From Labilithrix sp. (lineage in GTDB: Bacteria > Myxococcota_A > Polyangia > Polyangiales > Polyangiaceae), in contig JAHCIY010000002.1 of assembly GCA_026128965.1 (NCBI GenBank), positions 1,744,468 through 1,808,467 on the forward strand: a stretch of DNA of 64,000 bases, written 5' to 3'. The translations under genes were made by a program, and so were the position numbers. Positions 28,191-36,441 of this stretch are shown here, one piece after another. The notes beneath the pieces were generated by a model. It did not search any database and had not been told where the DNA came from. It saw only the letters and a list, made by a program, of their open reading frames with translations. Within the stretch, counting starts at the first letter, position 1. Each line of letters opens with the position of its first letter.

Positions 28191-28947
28191 GCAGCGCCGC
28201 GGGGTCCTGCTGGTAGAAGTCGGCGAACGTCGCGTAGAGCTCCGGGTGCCTCGCCCGGAGCTGTCGCGGCTTCTCGAAGAACATCTCCGTGACGACGGCG
28301 AAGAACTCGGGCGGGCTCGTCGCGCCGTAGTCGTCGATGTCGGAGCCGCGGCCGGCGTGCACCTTCGCGACGAGGTCCTCGTACTCGGCGCCGAGGACCG
28401 CCGCCCACGTCGCGTAGCGCGCGCGCGTGTGGAGGGCGGGCGCGCCGTCCATGTCGCCGTCCTCGGCGTCGAGCTGGTGCGCGAACTCGTGGAGGACCAC
28501 GTTGTGGCCGTCGCTCGTGTTCGTCGTGCCGCTCTGGACGGAGTCCCACGCGAGGACGACGACGCCGCGGTCCCACGACTCGCCGAGGCGATCGACGCGC
28601 TCCTCGATCACGACGTAGCCCTCGCGCCGCGTCGACTTGGCGGTGTACGCGCTCGGGTAGACGAGGATCGTCTCGAGGTCCGGGTACACGTCGGTGTCGC
28701 GACGGATGAGGAGGAGGCACGCCTGCGCGGCGATCGTGACCTTCACCTCGTCCGTGATCTCGAAGCCGCCCGCGCCCTCGAAGTGCTTCTCGTCGAGGAA
28801 CGTCATCACGAGCTTGTCGAGCTCGGCGCGGTCCTCCTCCGGCAGCGCGGCGACGAGCGGCACGTTCCGCTCGACGATCGCGTTCCACTCCGGCGGGAAC
28901 GGCTTCGGGTTTCGCTCCCGCAGCCAGCGCTTGAAGCGGCGGAACAC
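28120..28947 (-). CDS. mtfA: MtfA-like zinc-dependent peptidase (M90 family)
   Basis: HEFAHQLD zinc motif and overall MtfA/DUF980 architecture. The 3' end overlaps the convergent GFA gene by about 70 nt. Confidence 0.72.
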   Translation of the reverse strand: MFRRFKRWLRERNPKPFPPEWNAIVERNVPLVAALPEEDRAELDKLVMTFLDEKHFEGAGGFEITDEVKVTIAAQACLLLIRRDTDVYPDLETILVYPSAYTAKSTRREGYVVIEERVDRLGESWDRGVVVLAWDSVQSGTTNTSDGHNVVLHEFAHQLDAEDGDMDGAPALHTRARYATWAAVLGAEYEDLVAKVHAGRGSDIDDYGATSPPEFFAVVTEMFFEKPRQLRARHPELYATFADFYQQDPAALLTRAPTADRADPPPSCRDGRPST

Positions 28948-29005
28948 GCGGCGAGCCTACTACGGGGCTCCCTCCGCGGCGCCGCGATGTGATATCTCGC
29001 GGCCC

Positions 29006-30256
29006 ATGACGCACGTGGTGTTCATCGCGCCGCTCTTCCTCGAGACGACGAACCGTTACGTCGAAGGCTTCTGCAACATCGAAGACATCACGTTCAGCGT
29101 GATCAGCCAGGACCCGGCGAGCTCGATCCCGCGCGCGCTCAGGTCGCGGGTGACGGGCCACTACCGCGTCAGCGACCCGCTCGATCCGGAGCAGCTCCTC
29201 GTCGCGACGCGCGCGCTCGGCAAGGGGATCGGCAAGGTCGACCGCCTCGTCGGCGTCCTCGAGCAGCTGCAGATCCCGATGGCCCACGTCCGCGACGAGC
29301 TCGGGATCGAGGGCATCAACGGCGAGGTCGCGCGGAACTTCCGCGACAAGGACCGGATGAAGGACGTCTTCCGCGAGCACGGCGTGCCGACCGCGAAGAG
29401 CGGCCTCGCGACGTCGCCCGAGGCGCTGCGGAAGTTCATCGACCAGGTCGGCTACCCCGTCATCGTGAAGCCGCAGGCCGGGCTCGGCACGCGCGGGACC
29501 TACCGCATCACGTCGGCGGAGGACCTCGCCGCGCTCGAGGAGCAGGGCGTGACGCCGACGCAAGAGCGGCCGCTCCAGTGCGAGCAGTTCGTCGTCGGCG
29601 CGCGCGAGCACACGTGCGAGACCGTCACCGTGCGCGGCAAGCCGGTGTGGCGCTCCGGGACGCGCTACTTCCCGACGCCGCTCGAGGTCCTCGAGAACGC
29701 GTGGATGCAGTACTGCGTGATGCTCCCGCGCGAGGAGGACCTCCCCGAGTTCGAGAAGTTCGCGCCGATCAACGCCGCCGCCCTCGACGCGCTCTTCGGG
29801 CGCTGGGCAAAGACCGCGGCCGGCACGTCGCTCACGCACATGGAGTGGTTCCTCCGCGAGGACGGCACCGCGCTCGTGAACGAGGTCGGCGCGCGTCCGC
29901 CCGGCGTCATGATCATGCCGCTCATGAGCATCGCGCACGAGACCGACTTCTTCCACGACTGGGCGCGCCTCATGGCGGTCGAGGAGTTCACGCCGAAGAA
30001 GCGGAAGTGGTCCGCCGGCGCCGCGTTCTTCCGCGGTCAGGGTCGCGGCGACCGCATCGTCAGCGTCGAGGGGATCGACAAGGCGATCGCCGACGCGGGC
30101 GACGCGCTCGTCGAGTTCCGCACGCCGAAGGTCGGCATGGCGCGAGCGGCCGGCTACGAGGGCGAGGGCCGCGCGACGGTGCGCGGCGCGACGACCGAGG
30201 ACGTGAAGAACGCGCTCATCTCGCTCGTCGAGAACGTCCAGATCCGTTACGGCTGA
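29006..30256 (+). CDS. ATP-grasp domain protein
   Basis: Internal ATG of ORF 28694..30256 (MTHVVFIAPLF). ATP-grasp-like segments follow (GYPVIVKPQAGLGTRGTYRI, LTHMEWFLREDGTALVNEVGARPPG). Confidence 0.65.
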   Translation: MTHVVFIAPLFLETTNRYVEGFCNIEDITFSVISQDPASSIPRALRSRVTGHYRVSDPLDPEQLLVATRALGKGIGKVDRLVGVLEQLQIPMAHVRDELGIEGINGEVARNFRDKDRMKDVFREHGVPTAKSGLATSPEALRKFIDQVGYPVIVKPQAGLGTRGTYRITSAEDLAALEEQGVTPTQERPLQCEQFVVGAREHTCETVTVRGKPVWRSGTRYFPTPLEVLENAWMQYCVMLPREEDLPEFEKFAPINAAALDALFGRWAKTAAGTSLTHMEWFLREDGTALVNEVGARPPGVMIMPLMSIAHETDFFHDWARLMAVEEFTPKKRKWSAGAAFFRGQGRGDRIVSVEGIDKAIADAGDALVEFRTPKVGMARAAGYEGEGRATVRGATTEDVKNALISLVENVQIRYG

Positions 30257-30274
30257 GCGCGGTAGACTGAGGCG

Positions 30275-30871
30275 ATGACACGGCTCGGGGGAGTTCTCGC
30301 GCTCGCAGCGCTGGTCGTGACGGCCGGCTCCGCGTGCGCGTGGTGGGACCTCGACGACTACGCCGCGGGCTCCGGCGCGGAGGCCGACTCCGAAGACGAG
30401 AAGGAGGAGGACGGCGGGAAGCGCGAGGACGGCGGCGGGAGCTCCTCGACGAGCTCCACGTCGTCCAGCGGCGGGAGCAGCACGTCGTCGTCGACGTCGT
30501 CGAGCGGCGGCGGCAGCTGCAAGAAGCCGCTCCCGCCGCTTCCGGGCTGCCCTCCGGCGTGCAGCGGAGGCTGCGACGACGGCGTGTGCCACATCCTGTG
30601 CGGCGGGGGCTCGTGCAACGGCTCGGCGTTCGCCTGCCCGTTCGGCAAGCCGTGCGCGCTCACGTGCGAGGACGACTCCTGCAACGGCGCGAAGCTCCAG
30701 TGCCCGGCGGAGCAGCCTTGCACGGTGACCTGCAGCGGGGACTCGTGCACCGGCCTCACGATGAACTGCGGGCTCCAGGAGTGCAAGGCGACGTGCTCGA
30801 GCGGGAGCGGCACCGGAGCGACGGTGAGCTGCGGCGCGTCGTGCAGCTGCTCCGTCAGCTCGTGCCGGTAG
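30275..30871 (+). CDS. Secreted Cys-rich protein with Ser-rich linker
   Basis: Signal peptide, an S/T/G-rich linker of about 40 aa, then repeated CxGxxC/CxxxC modules (CSGGCDDGVCHILCGGGSCNGSAFACP...). Confidence 0.45.
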   Translation: MTRLGGVLALAALVVTAGSACAWWDLDDYAAGSGAEADSEDEKEEDGGKREDGGGSSSTSSTSSSGGSSTSSSTSSSGGGSCKKPLPPLPGCPPACSGGCDDGVCHILCGGGSCNGSAFACPFGKPCALTCEDDSCNGAKLQCPAEQPCTVTCSGDSCTGLTMNCGLQECKATCSSGSGTGATVSCGASCSCSVSSCR

Positions 30872-31733
30872 CTTCGACGCGGCGGCGGTGGACGAGGCTC
30901 GGGACGACGGCCGCGGTGAGGATCGCGACCGTGGTCGCGAGCGACGCCCAGTTCGGGACGTGCACCCAGTGCCCCGCGATCATCTTCGCGCCGACGAAGA
31001 CGAGGAGCGTCCCGAGCCCGTAGTGGAGGTACTTCAGGTTCGCGACGACGTCGGCGAGGACGAGGTAGAGCGCGCGGAGCCCGAGGATCGCGAACACGTT
31101 CGACGTGAAGACGATGAACGGATCGCGTGAGATCGCGAACACGGCGGGGATCGAGTCGATCGCGAACATGATGTCGGAGAGCTCGATCGCGACGATGGGG
31201 ACGAGGAGCGGCGCCGAGACGTAGCGCTGCGCGAAGGTGACGACCTTGCTCTCCTTCTCGTCCCGCGCCTCCCGACCGTGCCCCAGCGTCTTCAGGCCGG
31301 TGAAGACGAGGAAGGCGCCGAGGACGTAGGTCGCGGCGTGCCATCGCTCGAGCACGGCGGAGCCTGCGGCGATGAAGAGGCCGCGCGTCACGAACGCGCC
31401 GATGATGCCCCAGAAGAGGACCTTGTGCTGCTGCTCGCGCGGGACGCGGAGGCGGCGGAAGATGACGAGGAAGACGAAGAGGTTGTCGACGCTGAGGCTC
31501 TTTTCCACGAGCCACGCGGTGACGAACTCCTGCGCCGCAGGCGCGCCGAGCTGGAGCGCGACGAAGCCCGCGAAGAGGAGCGAGACGCCGATCCAGATCC
31601 CGCTCCAGATCAGGGCGCGGCGCCGGCTGTCGGCGTGGTCGCCGCGATGTTGGATGAGGTCGATCGCGAGGCTGGCGACGACGACGGCCGCAAAAAGGCC
31701 CCAGGCCCAGAGCGGAACGGCGAACGACGACAT
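30855..31733 (-). CDS. TerC family integral membrane protein
   Basis: Real start MSSFAVPLWAWGLF inside ORF 30855..33101. TerC hallmarks are present (LSVDNLFVFLVIF, FAIDSIPAVFAI). 292 aa. Confidence 0.8.
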   Translation of the reverse strand: MSSFAVPLWAWGLFAAVVVASLAIDLIQHRGDHADSRRRALIWSGIWIGVSLLFAGFVALQLGAPAAQEFVTAWLVEKSLSVDNLFVFLVIFRRLRVPREQQHKVLFWGIIGAFVTRGLFIAAGSAVLERWHAATYVLGAFLVFTGLKTLGHGREARDEKESKVVTFAQRYVSAPLLVPIVAIELSDIMFAIDSIPAVFAISRDPFIVFTSNVFAILGLRALYLVLADVVANLKYLHYGLGTLLVFVGAKMIAGHWVHVPNWASLATTVAILTAAVVPSLVHRRRVEATGTS

Positions 31734-31781
31734 CGACGCCGGAAAGATGCATGAAATGCTCCACGCCGATATGCTCGAGTC

Positions 31782-33233
31782 GTGACGCGTGAAGAGGTGT
31801 GGCGAACGGTCTCGAACGCGCTGCGTCCGACCTTCGGGCGTATGCTCGACGTGCGCGACGTGCGGCGCGTTCGACGGGTGGTGGGCGACGCGTGGGTCGT
31901 GACGGTGGTGCTGGCCGCGCCGAGCGGCGTCCTCCACGTCGCCGACCTGACGGTGGAGGACAACGGCACGATGACGCCGAAGCTCACCGCCGATCACGTC
32001 GTCGAGGCGGCGCGCAACGCGAAGAAGTTCGTGCTCGCGGCGGTGCCCGACGAGCTCGCCGACTTCGGCGACGCGCCGAGCAGCGAGAGCGCGCTCTCGA
32101 TGCTCGAGGAGCTCGACGCGCCGATCGAGGCGCAGATCGAGTCCGCGCTCGAGAAGGGCGACGAGGCCTCGCTCCATACCGCGCGCGAGCTCCTGCCGCG
32201 GCTGCTCTCCGATCACGATCAGCAGGGCGCGACGCTCTTCAAGATGGCGGAGGTCGAGGTGAAGCTCGGCGAGCCCGCCCTCGCGCGCGGCTACCTCGAG
32301 GCGTCGGCGCGCGAGTTCGCGGACCGCTTCGATCTCCCGGCGCTGGAGAAGGCGGCGGCGATGGAGCTCGAGCTCATCGGCCGCGAGGAGTTCGCGACGT
32401 CGCCGGTGCACACGCTGCTCGACCAGAGCCGCGCGCGCCTGCGCCCGCTCGACTCGGTGTTCGACGCGCGCAGCTTCGCCGGCCTGCCGGAGGAGGTCCG
32501 CACGAAGCTCGCCGCCGCGATGACGCTGCGCACGCTCGCGCCGGGCGAGACGCTGGTGGCGGAGGGCGAGCCCTCGAAGAACGTGTTCGTCGTGAAGAGC
32601 GGCCTCCTCGGCGTGTGGCTCGAGAAGCCGGAGGGCGGGTCGTGGCTCGTCCGCTGCTGCTTCCCGGGCTGGCTCCTCGGCGAGTCGTCGGTCATGGGCA
32701 CCGCCGAGTCCCCCCGGCGCTGCACCGCGACGCTGAAGGCGGAGCGCGTGAGCGAGGTGTGGACGCTCCCGGCCGCCGCGGTCCGCGCCGCGATGGACGA
32801 GGACCTGCCGTTCGGCCTCCGCATCGCGCAGACGAAGCAGATGCACCGCATCGACTCGTTCTTCTCGATGCACGAGACGATGGGCCAGCTCGACGTGCAG
32901 GTGCGGGACGAGATGCTCTCCTGCATCCAGCGCCTCGCGACCTTCAACGAGGACACCGTCATCCTGACCGCGAACGAGATCCCGGACGTGGCTTGCCTGG
33001 TCGCGCGCGGCTCGATCGGCCTCTACGAGGGCGAGCATCAGGAGACGCCGTCGAACGTGATCGAGCCGGACACGTTCTACGGCGTCCGCGACGCGATCCA
33101 CCGCATCGCGCCCCCCTTCGACGCGGTCGCGCGCGCGGGCTCCACGATCGCGTTCTTCGACGCCGCGCGCCTGCAGAAGCTGTGCGAGCGGAGCCCCGAG
33201 CAGGTGGTGGCCGTGCTAGAGCGGCTGGGATGA
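31782..33233 (+). CDS. Protein with two cyclic-nucleotide-binding (CAP_ED-like) domains
   Basis: 483 aa with two cNMP-binding-like segments (GETLVAEGEPSKNVFVVKSGLLGV... and DTVILTANEIPDVACLVARGSIGLYEG). Confidence 0.55.
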   Translation: MTREEVWRTVSNALRPTFGRMLDVRDVRRVRRVVGDAWVVTVVLAAPSGVLHVADLTVEDNGTMTPKLTADHVVEAARNAKKFVLAAVPDELADFGDAPSSESALSMLEELDAPIEAQIESALEKGDEASLHTARELLPRLLSDHDQQGATLFKMAEVEVKLGEPALARGYLEASAREFADRFDLPALEKAAAMELELIGREEFATSPVHTLLDQSRARLRPLDSVFDARSFAGLPEEVRTKLAAAMTLRTLAPGETLVAEGEPSKNVFVVKSGLLGVWLEKPEGGSWLVRCCFPGWLLGESSVMGTAESPRRCTATLKAERVSEVWTLPAAAVRAAMDEDLPFGLRIAQTKQMHRIDSFFSMHETMGQLDVQVRDEMLSCIQRLATFNEDTVILTANEIPDVACLVARGSIGLYEGEHQETPSNVIEPDTFYGVRDAIHRIAPPFDAVARAGSTIAFFDAARLQKLCERSPEQVVAVLERLG

Positions 33234-33562
33234 AGCTCGTCTCGTCTCTCACCGTCGTCGGTGTCCTGGTCGCTGCTCTCGTTGCATGTTCGTCGGACGA
33301 CGACGACAAGCCGGCGGGCGACGCCGCCGGCTCGTGCACGGACCTGTGCACGAAGTCGGGCTTCGCGAGCGGCCGCGCGAACGTGTACCCGCACGAGATC
33401 AACTGCTTCTGCGAGGGCGGCGGGGGCGCGGGCGGGGACGCGGGCACGGGCACGGTCGCGGCGGCGGACTGCAGCGGGATGTGCACGGCGCTGGGGAAGG
33501 CGAAGGGCGCCGTCTTCGGCTCCGGCGCGGGCCAGACCGCGAACGCGTGCCAGTGCGATTGA
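33230..33562 (+). CDS. Small Cys-rich lipoprotein
   Basis: MKLVSSLTVVGVLVAALVACSS signal. The ATG overlaps the TGA of the upstream gene (ATGA). Confidence 0.42.
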   Translation: MKLVSSLTVVGVLVAALVACSSDDDDKPAGDAAGSCTDLCTKSGFASGRANVYPHEINCFCEGGGGAGGDAGTGTVAAADCSGMCTALGKAKGAVFGSGAGQTANACQCD

Positions 33563-33569
33563 GGGCTCG

Positions 33570-34094
33570 ATGAACGCCGCCCAGTTCCGCAAGCTGGCCC
33601 TCTCGCTCCCGAACACGGAGGAGGGTTCGCACATGGGCCACGCGGACTTCCGCGTGGGCGGGAAGATCTTCGCAAGCCTGACCGAGGACGAGACGAAGGC
33701 GTCCTTCAAGCTCCCCCTCGAGCTCCAGCTGACGCTCATCGACGACGAGTCTTTCGCCGGCCAATTCGCCCCCGCCGCCGGCGCCTGGGGCCGCAGCGGC
33801 TGGACCTACGCCCACCTCGCAAAGGTCACGGCGACGGTGATGAGGGCCCTCCTCGAGGACGCATACACCCTCGTATCGAAGGTCACGGCGAAGGGGAAGG
33901 TCGCGGCGAAGGCGAAGGTCGCGGCGAGGGGGAAGGGCTCGGCGAAGGGGAAGGGGAAGGGCGTGGCGAAGGGGAGGGTCGCGGCGAAATCGAAGGTCGC
34001 GACGCCAGCGAAGGTCGCGGCGAAGAGTGCAGCACCGGCGAAGGGCGCGGCGCCGGCGAAGCCGAAGGTCGCGGCGCCGCGAAGGTCGCGGTGA
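33570..34094 (+). CDS. YjbR/MmcQ-family (DUF419-like) DNA-binding protein with histone-H1-like Ala/Lys-rich C-terminal tail, truncated by a frameshift
   Basis: N-terminus MNAAQFRKLALSLPNTEEGSHMGHADFRVGGKIFASL followed by AKxK repeats. The repeat continues in the +2 frame to a TAG at 34241-34243 (KVAVTAKPKGVAKATVAAKAKG...), so a 1-nt indel near 34078 interrupts the tail. Confidence 0.5.
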   Translation: MNAAQFRKLALSLPNTEEGSHMGHADFRVGGKIFASLTEDETKASFKLPLELQLTLIDDESFAGQFAPAAGAWGRSGWTYAHLAKVTATVMRALLEDAYTLVSKVTAKGKVAAKAKVAARGKGSAKGKGKGVAKGRVAAKSKVATPAKVAAKSAAPAKGAAPAKPKVAAPRRSR

Positions 34095-34325
34095 CGGCGA
34101 AGCCGAAGGGCGTGGCGAAGGCGACGGTCGCGGCGAAGGCGAAGGGTGCGGTGACGGCGATGGCGAAGGTCGCGTCTCCGGCGAAGGGTGCGGCGATGGC
34201 GAAGGTCGCGGCGAAGACGGCGAACGTGAAGCGGGGTCGCTAGACTCCGGGCTCCGCCGCGCCGAGCGGCGAGGAGGGCGCCTGCTCGCGATCGTGAGTC
34301 TCCGAATGCCGTGCTCCTCGGGCGT

Positions 34326-34850
34326 TTGTACAACCCAGGTTGTGTAATCGATATGCGCAACCGAGGTTGTGCAATCCGCTCGTGGGCACGAGCTTCGGTG
34401 CGTCGGGGGGTGCGCGTGCTGGAGTCGTTGCACAACCTGGGGGTGAATTGGGATGCGCAACCGAGGATGTGCAGTCCTCGCTTACGGGCGTGAGCTTTCG
34501 GCGTGTCGGGCGTTGCGCGCGCTGGAGTCGTTGCACAACCTGGGTTGTGGAGTTGGGTGCGCAACCGAGGTTGTGCAGTCCTCGCTTGCGAGCGCGAGCT
34601 TCGGCGTGTCGAGCGTTGCGCGAGCGGGGTCGTTGCACAACTGGGTTGTGGAGTTGGGGTGCGCAACCGAGGTTGTACAGTTCTCGCTCGCCGGAGCGAG
34701 CTGTTGGTGTGTCGAGCGTCGCGCGAGTTGGAGCTGTTGTACAACCTGGGTTGCGAAACGAGATGCACAACCGAGGTTGTGCAATTCTCGCTCGCGGGCG
34801 CGAGCTTCGGCGTGTCGGGCGTTGCGCGAGCGGGGCCGCTACTGCGCGAT
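34326..34850. repeat. Tandem array, five units of about 103 bp, each with two CAACC-N2-GGTTG palindromes
   Basis: Units start at 34326, 34428, 34531, 34633 and 34737. Each unit holds TTGCACAACCtgGGTTGTGGA and TGCGCAACCgaGGTTGTGCAG dyads plus a ctcgcttgcgagcgcgag hairpin. The array lies between convergent genes. Confidence 0.7.
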
Positions 34851-36026
34851 GAGGTCGTTGCAGTCGACGCCGCCGGTCATGACGCGGACTTGGCCTTTCC
34901 ACTTCGAGCCGACCTTGAAGGTGGACCATTTTGCTTGTGGGAGGTCGCATGAGGCGGCGTCCTTCGACTTGGCGTCGGTGAAGAGGACTGTGTACTTCTC
35001 GGTCTTCGAGCCTTCGCGCTCGCAGCCGAGGCACGTGCCTCCCGTCACCTTCGTTACGGGCCAGCGTGGGGTGTCGCTGACGCTCGCGCCCTTCTCGGTC
35101 GCGGTGCGGGCGGTGCGCCACTCCGTTACGTCGATATCGCATTTGTCGTCGTAAACGGGAGTCTCCTTGTACTTGTCGGTGCACTCCCTCACCTCCTTGT
35201 ACGAGCCGTTGCCCAGGTCCTTCTTGCGCGTCGAGCAGGTCTGGCCGTCCTTCTCCCTCTTCGTGCCACGTTGCTCGCGGCGGCGTGAGACGACGCGCGC
35301 GCCGGCCGGGATCTCGTCGCACCACGTGCTCTTGCGGACGTTCTCGAAGCGCTCGATCCGGATGCTCCGCTCCCACGAATGGCCCGTCACCGCGAGCGCG
35401 GCCTCACGCTTCCAGAAGACCGCGACTAGGACGAGCACGAGGAGTAGCGCGAAGACGCCGCCGACGATGCCGAGGATCAGTCCCGCGCTGCTCTTCTTCG
35501 GCGGTGCGGGCTGGAAGCCCTGCGCCGCGCTCCTGAAGGGCTGCTGCGGATAGGCGCCGGGTGCGTGAGCACCGGGCGGATAGGCGCCGTGAGGATAGGC
35601 ACCGGGTGCGTGAGCACCGGGCGGATAGGCACCGGGTGCGTGAGCGCCGGGTGCGTGAGCACCGGCCGGATAGGCACCCGGCGGATAGCCGCCGGGTGGG
35701 GGGACGACGACGTCGGCTTGGCGCGCGACCTCGGCGCCCTTGTCGATGGGGCCGCCGCAGTTCGTGCAGCACTTGGCGGCGCGGGACATCGGCTGCCGGC
35801 ACGACGGGCACACCACGTCGGCGCCGACGTACGGGTGGTTCTTGACCGCGACCTTCTCGTGGTCGGGCGGGAAGTAGCGCGCGTTCGGATCCTGCGGCGC
35901 GCCGCAGCCGGCGCAGAAGCGATGCGTGACGCCGAGGAGCTTCTTCTGACCGCAGTACTTGCAGTCCCAGAGCATCTCGTAGACGGCTTCTTCTCCGTTC
36001 ATGCATCGCGAGTATCTCCGAGGCAC
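34839..36026 (-). CDS. Membrane protein with N-terminal zinc-ribbon, Pro/Gly/Ala/Tyr repeat region and C-terminal extracytoplasmic domain
   Basis: Zinc-ribbon cysteines (CKYCG...CAGCG; CPSC...CTNCG), a GAYPPGAHAP repeat about nine times, one TM helix and a Cys-containing C-terminal domain. The start could be Met1 (36026) or Met9 (36002). Confidence 0.5.
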   Translation of the reverse strand: MPRRYSRCMNGEEAVYEMLWDCKYCGQKKLLGVTHRFCAGCGAPQDPNARYFPPDHEKVAVKNHPYVGADVVCPSCRQPMSRAAKCCTNCGGPIDKGAEVARQADVVVPPPGGYPPGAYPAGAHAPGAHAPGAYPPGAHAPGAYPHGAYPPGAHAPGAYPQQPFRSAAQGFQPAPPKKSSAGLILGIVGGVFALLLVLVLVAVFWKREAALAVTGHSWERSIRIERFENVRKSTWCDEIPAGARVVSRRREQRGTKREKDGQTCSTRKKDLGNGSYKEVRECTDKYKETPVYDDKCDIDVTEWRTARTATEKGASVSDTPRWPVTKVTGGTCLGCEREGSKTEKYTVLFTDAKSKDAASCDLPQAKWSTFKVGSKWKGQVRVMTGGVDCNDLIAQ

Positions 36027-36380
36027 TCACGGCGCGCCACAGGCGAGCCACTCTCCGAGCTTCCGGCGCTCCGCCTCCGCGACGTCGGAGTCCTCCGGCA
36101 TCTCCGTGTTCGTCGCCTTCGGTCCCGCCGCGGCGGCGGAGTCGATGCTCGTCGCGTTCGCGCGCACGTTGGCGACGGAGTCGAGCGCCGGCGACTCTCC
36201 GCGGCCCGCGGCCGAGTGGCACTTCGTGCAATGCGTCTCGAGGAACGATCGCCCGAACGTCTCATACGTGAGCGTCGATCCCTCCGGGCACGTGCTTCCG
36301 GTCGGCTCTCCGCCGCTGGAGCACGCGGCGATCACCGCCGCTCCGAGAGCGAACATGCTCGATAGCCTCGATCCAATCAT
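36027..36380 (-). CDS. Small mono-haem c-type cytochrome-like lipoprotein
   Basis: Signal/lipobox (FALGAAVIAACSSG) and a single CxxCH motif (CTKCHS). It abuts the downstream gene start. Confidence 0.5.
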   Translation of the reverse strand: MIGSRLSSMFALGAAVIAACSSGGEPTGSTCPEGSTLTYETFGRSFLETHCTKCHSAAGRGESPALDSVANVRANATSIDSAAAAGPKATNTEMPEDSDVAEAERRKLGEWLACGAP

Positions 36381-36441
36381 CGCCCCTCCAGTGTTCCCGA
36401 CGCCGCCGAAGCGATCACGAGGCTGGAGCGAACGCGAACGA

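Noticed and set aside
34326-34850. CRISPR array interpretation of the 103-bp tandem repeats
   Set aside because: The whole unit is repeated with no unique spacers, and there are no cas genes nearby.
34340-34952. ORFs 34340..34852 +, 34453..35154 + and 34503..34952 + lying inside the tandem array
   Set aside because: Their translations are repeat-derived nonsense with no coding periodicity.
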